This document shows, piece after piece, positions 31,323 to 42,125 of a DNA stretch of 64,000 bases. The notes beneath the pieces were generated by a model. It was not told the origin of the DNA, did no database searches, and was given only the letters and a program-made list of their open reading frames with translations. A program made the translations under genes and the position numbers. The stretch's first letter is position 1, and every line of letters starts with the position of its first letter. This DNA is from an uncultured archaeon (GTDB taxonomy: Archaea; Thermoproteota; Nitrososphaeria; Nitrososphaerales; Gagatemarchaeaceae), in contig CAWAOY010000003.1 in assembly GCA_963783755.1 (NCBI GenBank), positions 42,608 to 106,607 on the forward strand, given 5' to 3'.

Positions 31323-31925
31323 AGGCCATGGCGATTCTTTCTTGCTCGTTCTTCCGCTTGACGGCGAAGCTGTTCGAGTCGCCGCTCGACGCCGCGATTA
31401 TCTCGTCGGCGAGCACCTCCTCCACCGATCGCGTCGATCTTGAAGGTCGCTTCCCTCACGCCCTCGGATATCGACCTCAGCGCAAGGTCCATCCTCCGCA
31501 TCGGCGAGATGTCCACCGAGATGTGGTAGACCACTCCTCCGTAGCTCATGCGGGTGGTGTCCTCGTTCGGAGACGAGTTCTCGATCGCCTTCACTAGAAG
31601 CTGGACCGGATTTTGACCGGTCTTGATCTGGATTATCTCAAAAGCCGTCCGCACGATGGCCATCGCCTTTTGCTTCTTCCCTCCCATCCTCCCCGTGTTC
31701 TTGGCGTGCTTCTTGCCGAAGTGCATCAGCTGGTTGACCGAGCCTCTCGACCACGTTGACCTTGGTCTTCGAGAACTTCTGGTGCTCGTGCCTGCCTCCT
31801 GAGTGAGGGATCAGCATCGGCCTCAAGTCGATGACGCTCGCCAGCCCCTGGTCCTCGACCTTGACGTGGGTCATGTCCCACTTGTTCCAGAGGAGGAGGT
31901 TGGGATATTCCAGCTTGGTGCTCAT
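31323..31925 (-). CDS. rps7: 30S ribosomal protein S7, 2 frameshifts
   Basis: Text: [34 protein letters not shown]...[15 protein letters not shown], then [15 protein letters not shown]...[32 protein letters not shown]...[16 protein letters not shown], then [35 protein letters not shown]. Stop at 31323-31325. Confidence 0.93.
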
Positions 31926-31930
31926 GCCGT

Positions 31931-32359
31931 CTATCTCCTGGGTTTCTCCTTCCTTCCGTAGACCATCTCGTTGAGCGAAACGCCGTTCACCTTCGAGACC
32001 TGCCATCTGACTCCAGGGATGTCACCCATGGCGCGCCCCATCGAGCCCCCGATTCCCTCGAGGGTGACCTCGTCGTGCTCGTCGACGAAGTTGAGTGCGC
32101 CGTCGCCTGGGAGGAACGCCGTGACTTGCTTCCCGTTCTTGACAATCTGGACGCGGACGCACTTCCTGATCGCAGAGTTGGGCTGCTTCGACTCTATGCC
32201 CACCTTCTCCAAGACGATACCGCGCGCCTGCGGGGAGCCCTCGAACGGGTCGGCCTTTACGTCGAGGCCGAGGATCTTCCTCTTGTAGTACTTGTTGCTC
32301 CAGCGTAGCTTCTGCCTGTGCTGGCTAATCTGCCGAGCCGCGAACTCTCCGCTGGGCAT
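31931..32359 (-). CDS. rps12: 30S ribosomal protein S12
   Basis: Intact 142-aa ORF. Text: [58 protein letters not shown]...[16 protein letters not shown]. Confidence 0.97.
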   Translation of the reverse strand: MPSGEFAARQISQHRQKLRWSNKYYKRKILGLDVKADPFEGSPQARGIVLEKVGIESKQPNSAIRKCVRVQIVKNGKQVTAFLPGDGALNFVDEHDEVTLEGIGGSMGRAMGDIPGVRWQVSKVNGVSLNEMVYGRKEKPRR

Positions 32360-32434
32360 TCTTCAACGTCGTGCCCGGCGTTGTGTATAAAAGGGTTGAG
32401 AGGGCGGGAGGGGTTCAGCTTCGCCGGATGCCGT

Positions 32435-33568
32435 TCATCTCTCAAATGCCGGCCTGGCCTCTCTTGCCCTTCTCGACACCAACGCGACCGTCGCCACGGC
32501 CACCAGCGCTATGAATGCGAGGGAAGCCGTCGGGAATTCCGGTACGGTGGAAGAAGTTGAGGAAACCGAAGCCGCGGAGATGACGGAGACGGTGTCGCCG
32601 CCGTTGTTGGCCGCGAACACCTCGCCTCTTCCCGCGTCGTAGTCGACGCCAGACGGGGCGCTACCGACGTTCACCGTCGCGACCACGGTGTTCGTGGCGT
32701 CTGAGATGACGGAGACGGTGTTGTTGGCGGCGTTGGTCACGAACACCTGGCCTGTCATGGAGTCGTATGCGACGTCCGTGGGATGAGTCCCCACCTTCAC
32801 CGTCGCGACCACGGTGTTGGTGGCGTCTGAGATGACGGAGACGGTGCTCCCCAGATAGTTGGCCACGAACACTTCTCCCTTCGCCAGGTCGTAGGCGCTT
32901 CCAGTGGGGCCGCCGCCCACGCCGACCGTCGCGACCAGCGCGTTCGTGGCGTCGGAGATTACTGAAGTAGCGTTGTCGAGGGCGTCGGTCACGAATACCT
33001 CTCCCTTGGAGGGGTCGTAGATGGGGGCGTACGGATAATGCCCTACGGCCACGGTCGCGACGACGGAATTCGTCGAATCTGAGATTACGGAGACGGTGTC
33101 GCCCAGATAATTGGCCACGAAGACCTCTCCCTTAGCAGGGTCGACCGCAACTCCGGTGGGACCGCCTCCTACGTTCACCGTCGCCACGACCGCGTCGCTC
33201 GAGTCCGAGATCACCGACGTGGTGTTGTCGAGCGCGTTGGTCACGAACACCTCGCCTCTGGAAGGGTCGTACGCGTCGCCTGCGGGGTCGCTCCCGACTT
33301 TCACCGTCGCGACCACGGTGTTGGTTACGTCTGAGATTACCGAGACGGATTTGTTGAGCAGATCGGTCACAAAGACCTCACCCTTGGCTTGGTCGTAGGC
33401 GACCCCGGCTGGACCGTGCCCCACGCCCACCGTTGCGACCGCCTGCTGAGGCTGCACCTGCGCGCGTGCAGAGGGTGCGAGGGGCGCGGACGCGAGGACG
33501 ACGGCGGCGAGAACGAAGGCCTGTGCCATGGCAAGACGGAGACGGTGGCGTTTGCGCACTCGTGACAC
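32435..33568 (-). CDS. secreted YVTN-type beta-propeller repeat protein with a PEF-CTERM-like sorting signal
   Basis: Intact 377-aa ORF. Signal peptide (MAQAFVLAAVVLASAPLAPSARA). Seven roughly 42-aa repeats of the pattern VATV-VG-xP-G-AYD-GEVFVTN-TVSVISD-TN-VV. C-terminus SSTVPEFPTASLAFIALVAVATVALVSRRAR, that is PEF, a TM helix and a basic tail. Confidence 0.85.
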   Translation of the reverse strand: MSRVRKRHRLRLAMAQAFVLAAVVLASAPLAPSARAQVQPQQAVATVGVGHGPAGVAYDQAKGEVFVTDLLNKSVSVISDVTNTVVATVKVGSDPAGDAYDPSRGEVFVTNALDNTTSVISDSSDAVVATVNVGGGPTGVAVDPAKGEVFVANYLGDTVSVISDSTNSVVATVAVGHYPYAPIYDPSKGEVFVTDALDNATSVISDATNALVATVGVGGGPTGSAYDLAKGEVFVANYLGSTVSVISDATNTVVATVKVGTHPTDVAYDSMTGQVFVTNAANNTVSVISDATNTVVATVNVGSAPSGVDYDAGRGEVFAANNGGDTVSVISAASVSSTSSTVPEFPTASLAFIALVAVATVALVSRRAREARPAFER

Positions 33569-33645
33569 CGTTCTGAACGCGCGGGCAGCTTACATCAACC
33601 TTCCTGAGGCGCCCGGTACGCCTGGAGCGAAAAGGAGTTCTTCTG

Positions 33646-34090
33646 CTAGAACGCTGTCGTTATCTGGACGTTGGCGATGTCGAAGTACTTCTTGGCGATC
33701 AGGCGCACCTTCTCGGCGTTCTTGCCTCCGCTCCCTAGGACCGCGCCCTTCCTTCTGGGGTCGACGATGACCGACATGCTCTTCGAGCCGTCGAGCCTGT
33801 CGGTGAGCCTGACCTCCTGGACGCACGCTGGGGTCGAGCGCGTTGCGGATCATCTCGGCGGGGTCGTCCGACCACTCGACCACCTCGATCGGCTTCTTCA
33901 CCACCCTCTCGATGTTCTGGATGGTCGCCCCCTTCTTGCCGATGGCCAGGCCCATCTGCCCCTTGTTGACGATGAAGATCAGCCGGCCTCCCTTTTCGTC
34001 GACGATGCAGTCCCGCACCGTCGCGCCGCTCATGTTCTGGAAGATCGAGATGAGCCCGAGCTGGTCTGATGAGAGCTTGATCGCTGGCAA
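33646..34090 (-). CDS. nusA: archaeal NusA-like transcription termination/antitermination factor (two KH domains), 1-2 frameshifts
   Basis: Text: LSSDQLGLISIFQNMSGATVRDCIVDEKGGRLIFIVNKGQMGLAIGKKGATIQNIERVVKKPIEVVEWSDDP, then VRLTDRLDGSKSMSVIVDPRRKGAVLGSGGKNAEKVRLIAKKYFDIANVQI. Stop at 33646-33648. TTG start. Confidence 0.85.
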
Positions 34091-34094
34091 GCTT

Positions 34095-34464
34095 TCACGC
34101 TGATGCCTTGGCAGGTTGCGACGGCGAGCCCACGAGCTGCCTGAAGTCGCCCTCAGCCACGACTCGCAGGGCTATCGCCGAGACCCTGAACGGCCTTCCG
34201 AGCATCCTTCCTAGCTGGGCCGAGGACTTGTCGATCATGACGATGGGGACCTTGTTCTTCTCTGCCTCGCATCACGAGGCCTCCCTCTTCCGAGTCCCCG
34301 CCGGAGATTGTGCTCGCGGCGATGACCATCTTCGAGCTCTTCAGCTCGGAGATGACCTCCTTGGTGCCGATGGTGTACTTGCCGCCCTTCATCGCCTCCT
34401 TCAGGACCCGTGCGAGCACCTGCTGGTCTCCTAACGCGGTCGTTGGCTTTGTCTTTGTGACCAT
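34095..34464 (-). CDS. rpl30e: 50S ribosomal protein L30e, about 2 frameshifts
   Basis: Text: MVTKTKPTT...VLKEAMKGGKYTIGTKEVISELKSSKMVIAASTIS, then KNKVPIVMIDKSSAQLGRMLGRPFRVSAIALRVV. The position between rpoA'' and nusA is the conserved archaeal one. Confidence 0.8.
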
Positions 34465-34481
34465 TTGTTGCAACTCTTGTG

Positions 34482-35650
<1,169 letters not shown>

Positions 35651-38285
35651 CTCGGCCGAGCCGATGACCCTGTCCAGGTTCACCGGCCTGCCGTGGTCGG
35701 ACTTGGCCGGGTCGATGCCGTCCTCTCCGTAGAGGAACTGGATGACGTTGCCGTGTGGGGTCCCTGACGGTGAGGTCGTACTCCACGCGGAGGTGCTCCA
35801 TCGCGTTGACGAGCCTCCTCTGCATGTAGCCGCTCTGCTGCGTCCTGACCGCCGTGTCGACGAGCCCTTCCCTGCCTCCCATCGCGTGGAAGAAGAACTC
35901 GGTCGGGGTCAGCCCGTCCCTGTAGTTTCTCTTGACGAAGCCCTTGGCCTCGGGGGCAGAGGTCGTCCAGGGGGAAGTGGCTGAGCGACCTCCCGCGGAG
36001 GCCCTTCTCGATCCTCTTCCCTCTGACCGATTGCTGCCCGAGGGCGGCGGTCATCTGCCCGAGGTTGAGGCTCGAGCCCCTCGCGCCGGTGCGGGCCATG
36101 ATCACTCCCGAGTTCTCTGTGGAGAACGACCTGTCGGCTATCCTGCCCGCCCTGTCTCTTGCCTTTGACGAGCTCGTTCACGATGTAGAACTCGAGGGAG
36201 CCCTCAGGCGAGAGGCCTCTGGTGAGCGGGAGCGTGCCCGCTCTTGTACTTCTTGATGAGGTCGTTGCACGTTGTCGTATGCTTCCTTGAGCGTGTCGGC
36301 GATCTTGCCCATCGCGTCCTCGGAGAGCTTGAGCTCGTCGTATCCGTAGCTGAATCCCCGCCTGGTGATGTATGTCCTTGAGGACCGAGAGTATGGAGTT
36401 GAGGAAGCGCCTCGCCTCGTCGTTGCCGTAGTCCTTGGCGATCGCGGTGGAGCAGGCTGTCTGGCTCCTCTGCGCCGATGGCCGCCTTGTCGATGACTCC
36501 GGAGATGAGCTCGCCGTCCTTGATGACGACGTCGTTGGCCTGCCCGGTCTTGCGCCTTGCCCCACTTTGAGGTGAGCACGAAGTTCATGTCCTTCGGGAG
36601 GAAGAGCGAGAAGAGCTGCTTGCCCGTGTACATCGGGTTGGCGCCCTTGATCTTCGGCTCGGGGAGGTCGCCGTGCGTATCCGCCCTGCGAGGGCGAGGT
36701 TCGAGAACTGCTCGGGCGTGAGCATGGTCTCGTCTCGCGTGAGCAGGTAGGCGCCGGTGAGGAAGTCCCTGATCGCGCCGATGATGGGCCCGCCGTACCT
36801 GGGCGAGAGTATCTGGTCCTGGACGCGCATCAGCATGAGCGCCTCGGACCTCGACTCCTCGCTCTGAGGGACGTGGAGGTTCATCTCGTCGCCGTCGAAG
36901 TCCGCGTTGTAAGGAGGGCAGACGGACGGGTGGAGCCTGAAGGTCCTGTAGGGGAGCACCCTGACGGAGTGCGCCATGACCGACATTCTGTGGAGGGACG
37001 GCTGCCTGTTGAAGAGGACGATGTCCCCGTCCATCAGGTGCCTCTCGACGATGTACCCTGGAGCGAGCGAGTCGGCGAGCGCCTTCCTGTCGCTCGCGAA
37101 GTCGAGCCTGATCTTGACGCCGTCGGGGCGGATGACGTAGTTTGCGCCTGGGTGCTCGAACGGGCCCTTGATGACCAGCTTCTTGAGCGACTCGATGTTC
37201 CACGCGGAGACCTTCTCCGGGATGGTGAGCTTCTTGGCGACCTCGAACGGGATCCCGACCTCGCCGATGTCAAGGCTCGGGTCAGGGCTGATGACCGTCC
37301 TGCTGGAGAAGTCGACCCTCTTGCCCGAGAGCGAACCCCTGAACCTGCCCTCCTTCCCCTTGAGCCTCTGGCTGAGCGTCTTGAGCGGCCTCCCGGAGCG
37401 GTGGTGCGCCTGAGGGATGCCCGAGACCTCGTTGTCGAAGTAGGTCGTGACGTGGTAGTGGAGCAGGTCCACGAGGTCCTGGACGATGAGGTGCGGCGTG
37501 CCGGACTCCTTCGCTCTCCCTGACCCTCTGGTTGACCCTGAGGATGTCGACTATCTTGTGGGTGAGGTCGTCCTCGGACCTGATGCCCGACTCTAGCGTG
37601 ATCGATGGCCTGACGGTGAGCGGCGGGACCGGGAGGACCTGGAGGACGAACCACTCGGGCCGCGCGACCTTGGGGTTGTAGCCGAGCAGCTCGAGGTCCT
37701 CGTTGGTGATCCTCTCGAGCCGCTCCCTGATCGCGCCCGGGAGGAGCCGCGTCGCTCCGCCTTCCTCCGTGATCTCGTGGAAGATGGTCGGCTTTGTGAG
37801 CTCGATCTGGTACTGCTGCTTGCCGCAGTGGGGGCAGAGCTTGACCTTCTTCGCCTTTGTGAGTATCTCCTTCGCGATCTCCTCCTTCATCGTGGGGGTG
37901 AACTCGGTGATGTTCTGGAGCCTGACGCCTGTAGGCGTCGAGCTCCTGCTGGGAGAGGAGGATCCTGCCGCAAGTCCTGCAGGTCGCCTGGATCATCTTG
38001 TTGATGTCGGAGACGAACGCCATGTGGAGGACGGGCTCGGCCAGCTCGACGTGCCCAAAGTGGCCAGGGCACCTCGACGCCGTGTTCCCGCACGTCCCGC
38101 ACTTCTGTCCTGGCTCGAGGGTCCCGAGCCGCGAGTCCATCAGGCCGCCCTGGACGGGCATCCCGTCCTCGTCGTAGGTCTCGGGCTGGGTTATCTCCGC
38201 GACCGAGTACTTTCGTGATCTCGGTCGGCGAGAGCAGGGCGAAGTCGATCGCGCGTATCGTTCTTAGAGCTTCTTCCATGGCCAT
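35651..38285 (-). CDS. rpoA1: DNA-directed RNA polymerase subunit A' (Rpo1N), at least 7 frameshifts; 3' boundary approximate
   Basis: Text: [62 protein letters not shown] (Zn site), [59 protein letters not shown]...[17 protein letters not shown] (catalytic NADFDGD), [46 protein letters not shown]. Confidence 0.95.
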
Positions 38286-38302
38286 CTTATTTCACCAACC
38301 CC

Positions 38303-41300
38303 CTACACCGCGTCCTTCAGCCTGAGCCGTGGGCGCGATGTTCAGGCTCATCATCTCCTGGAGCAGGAGCTTGAACGCGTAGGCCACGACGACCGTGGAT
38401 ATCTTCGCCTGGTCTCCGTCGATCTTGCAGGCGTACTTGCGCTGCTTGGCGTCGTAGTAGGCGATGAGCCCGCACTTTTCGCAGACGTTGATCTCGGTCT
38501 TGTCGGCCTCGTCGAGGAGCCTGTCCTTCAGGACCATCGAGGCGCCGTAGGCGATGAGGCAGTCCCTCTCCATCTCTCCGAACCTGAGGCCTCCTCCCCG
38601 CGCCCTGCCCTCGGTGGGCTGCTTCGTGAGCATCTGGACCTGGCCCCTCGCCCTGGCGTGGATCTTGTCCGCGACCATGTGGTGGAGCTTCTGGTAGTAG
38701 ACGACGCCGATGAAGACGTCGACCGCGAACTTCTTCCCGGTCTTTCCGTCGTAGAGGACCTCCCTTCCGGTCGGCTCGAAGCCCGCTCTCTGCGAGGATC
38801 TTGCTCATCTCCTCGGGCGTCTCGCCCGCGAAGCCCGGTGCCGTCGGCCGAGAAGCCTCTCAGCGAGGCGGCCTTGCCCGCGATCGACTCGATGAACTGG
38901 CCGACGGTCATCCTCGAAGGGAACGCGTGCGGGTTGATTATGACGTCGGGGACGACGCCGTCCGCGGTGTAGGGCATGTCCTCCTGGGGGACGACCAGTC
39001 CGACCACTCCCTTCTGCCCGTGGCGTGACGCGAACTTGTCCCCTATCTCGGGGGTCCTCATGTCGCTGCACCCTGACCTTGTACATCTTGCCGCCTTCGA
39101 CGTTCTCGGTCATGAAGACGGAGTCGACGACGCCCGTCTCGGTGGGCCTGACCGCGACCGACGTGTCGCGCCTGTACGGGCCCTTGATCTCGAACTCCTT
39201 GTACTCCTCCATGAACCTCGGAGGGCTCGTCCTGCCGATGACCGACGTCTCCGCCGGTGACCTGTGGCCTCGTGCATGACGACGCCGTCGCCTTCGAGGA
39301 GGCGGTAGAACTTCTCTCCGCTGTAGCCCCTGATGTTGGACTCGGCCGAGGGGACCTCGAAGGTGTCCCGCATCCCGCCCAGGTACTGCTTCGACTCGGC
39401 CTCGTAGAGCCTGTAGAAGAAGGAGCGAGCGAACCCGCGCTCGATGCTGGACTTGTTCATGATGATGGCGTCCTCGATGTTGTAGCCCTCGAACGAGAGG
39501 ACTGCGACCACGGCGTTGGTGCCGAACGGCCTCTCGTCGATGTTGAGCAGCTCGGTGCGTCTTGGTCTTGACCATCGGGGACTGCGGGTTGACCAGCAGG
39601 TGCTGCCTCACGAATGTCGAGAGCGGGAACGTGGGGGTGGAGAAGCCGAGGCTCTGCTTCGCCATCGCGGACTCGTAGGTGTTCCTCGGCGACTGGTTGT
39701 GCTCAGGATAGGGGATGATCGATGCGGCGATCCCGAACATGGCTCCCGGGTAGAGCTCGAGGTGGGTGTGCTTGCGTGGTGGCCTCCTCTGGCGACATCG
39801 CGACGAGGCAGTTCTCCTCCTCGTTGGCGTCGATGCAGCTCGACGATGCCCCTCTCGACGAGGTCCCTCCAGGTGAGCTCGTCCGGCGGCGACCTTCGTC
39901 GATCATCTCCTGGGTGAGGAGGGGCTTGCCGTTCTCGACGACGATGAGCGGCCGCATGACCCTGCCCGCGCTCAGGCTGATGTAGAGCCGCGAGTAGCCC
40001 TTCTTGTTCGTCGGCGCGTAGTAGCAGGACGCTCGCGCTCGGGTTGATCTGGCCCTCCCTGCGGAGCTTCCTGAATGCCTTGGCGAGCCGTTCCCCGTCG
40101 TCCACGTAACCGATGAACCTCCCGTCCATGAATATCTTGCAGCCCTCGAGCGCGAGCTTCTCAGGGATGTCGCGGATCGGCTTGGCGCCGAGCTCCCAGA
40201 GTCTCTCCTCGACCTCCGCGGGCGGGACGCTGACCGAGATGGTCGCGGAGAGGGCCAGGTTCTTGACGAGCCCGCAGTTGACGCCCTCAGGCGTCTCCGA
40301 GGGGCAGATCCTCCCGAAGTGGGTCGCGTGGAGGTCTCTCGCCTCGAAGTTCGGCTGCGACCTGCTCAGCGGCGACTGGATCCTCCTGAGGTGGCTGAGG
40401 GTGCTGCAGGTAGTTGGTCCTGTCCAGGAGCTGGGTGACTCCGACCTTGCCCCTTCCCCAGTTGCCCGTCGCGATGGCGTTGTTGAGCTTGTCGGTGATG
40501 ATGCCCGTCCTGATGGCGGCGCCGACCACGTTGCCGCCCCTCTTCTGGCCTGCCCTCTCGAGCTGGTACTTCATGTCCCGGACGAGGTTCCTGAACGAGG
40601 TGCGGAAGAGGTCGGCGAGCATCTGGCCTGCGAACTTGATTACCTTGTTGCCGTAGTGGTCCTTGTCGTCCGGCTCGATCCAGCCCAGCCTCAGCTCGAG
40701 GAGCTTGCAGACGGCCTCGCCGAGGAACATCGCCTTGTCGTACCTCTTGTCGTCGGACTTGCCGAGGTGCGGGAGGAAGCCCCAGTCGAGCATCGACTGG
40801 GCGCGCTTGATCCTGAACTCCTCGAGCATGCCGTGGGCGACCCTGTTGCCGATGTAGACGAGCGCGTCCTTCTCCGTGGGCGCCTCGTTCGCCTTGTCGA
40901 AGGAGACCTCGAGCAGGTCCTGGATCTCCGGCTTTGGAGAGACCGCGTTGGCGATGTCCTTGTCGGACTTGAAGCCGAGCGCCCGCATGATTATCACGAA
41001 CGGGAGGTCGACCGGGCAGCTCGGGCATCTTGACGTTGATCGAGCCGTCCTGCTTCAGCGTCGCCTCGAGCTTCGACCTGTAGCCGACCACCGAGGAGTA
41101 GACTCTTGCCTTGTAGGTGGCGACGCCGCCGGCCTTCTCCATGTCGACGAGGATCTTGTTCGGGGAGAGGTCCTCCAGCCCGACGATGACCCTCTCCGAA
41201 CCGTTGATGATGAAGTAGCCTCCTGGGTCGTTCGGGTCCTCGCTGGACATCGACCAGCTGCTCCTTGGTCATCTTGGAGAGCTGGCAGAGGTCGGACTTT

Positions 41301-41674
41301 ACCATGACGGGCAGGTCGCCGATGTGCTGCCGCGTCGCCTCCCGCGACATGCCCTCCTCCTCGATGGTCATGTCCAGGTAGATCGGCGAAGAGTAGGAGA
41401 GGTTCCTGAGGCGGGCCTCCATCGGGAAGATGTTGCTGACGGAGCCGTCGATCTCGACGATCCTCGGCCTGCCGAGCTCGACCCTTCCGAACTTGACCTT
41501 GTACGGAGTGCTGACCGTCTCGATCTCCGTCTCGCTGATCTCGTCTATGATCGACTGCAGCCCCTTCGCTATGAACTCGTTGTAGCTGTTGAGGTGCTGC
41601 CTGGCGACTCCCTCCCTCTGGAGGATGTCCTGCAGGACTGCCCAGGAGTCAAGCTGCTTTGTTGTTATCGCCAT
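38303..41674 (-). CDS. rpoB: DNA-directed RNA polymerase subunit B (Rpo2), unsplit single gene, at least 8 frameshifts
   Basis: Text: [129 protein letters not shown]...[51 protein letters not shown]...C. B''-type and B'-type segments are contiguous, with no internal stop/start junction. The likely true C-terminus [12 protein letters not shown] needs a 1-nt correction (stop at 38303-38305). Confidence 0.95.
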
Positions 41675-41680
41675 TACTCT

Positions 41681-41965
41681 CTATGCCTCCACCACGTACC
41701 TGTAGTAGACGGTCTCGCCTGCGGTCTCGCTCGCTCTCGTGACCTTCAGGAAATCCCCAGGCTTCGCCCCGATCGACTTGGCGGCCGGGTCGGTGGAGAG
41801 GACGAACGGGAACTCGTGCGGAGACGAGTTGTACTTCTTGAGGATGGCCGCCGCCTCTTCAGGGGGCATCAGCTCGTGCTTCGGCACAAGAAGATGGTCT
41901 GTTATCTTGAAGGGAAGTTCCTCTTCCTTCTTCTTTGCCCTCGTAGTCTTTGCTTTCGTTGGCAC
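41681..41965 (-). CDS. rpoH: DNA-directed RNA polymerase subunit H (Rpo5)
   Basis: Intact 94-aa ORF. Text: ITDHLLVPKHELMPPEEAAAILKKYNSSPHEFPFVLSTDPAAKSIGAKPGDFLKVTRASETAGETVYYRYVV. It has a Lys-rich N-terminal extension and a GTG start. Confidence 0.9.
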   Translation of the reverse strand: MPTKAKTTRAKKKEEELPFKITDHLLVPKHELMPPEEAAAILKKYNSSPHEFPFVLSTDPAAKSIGAKPGDFLKVTRASETAGETVYYRYVVEA

Positions 41966-42125
41966 TAGAAAGCCACGTCTCCATTCATATTTGACCCTAA
42001 GATAGGTCTAGAATACACTCTAAAGGACCCAAAAAAAGCATGATTGCCGGAGTTATTTAAGAATTTTGACCGTGGCTCCGAAGGAAAACGACCTCCACCG
42101 AGCGCGAAGGGCTTCGCCGGGCGGG

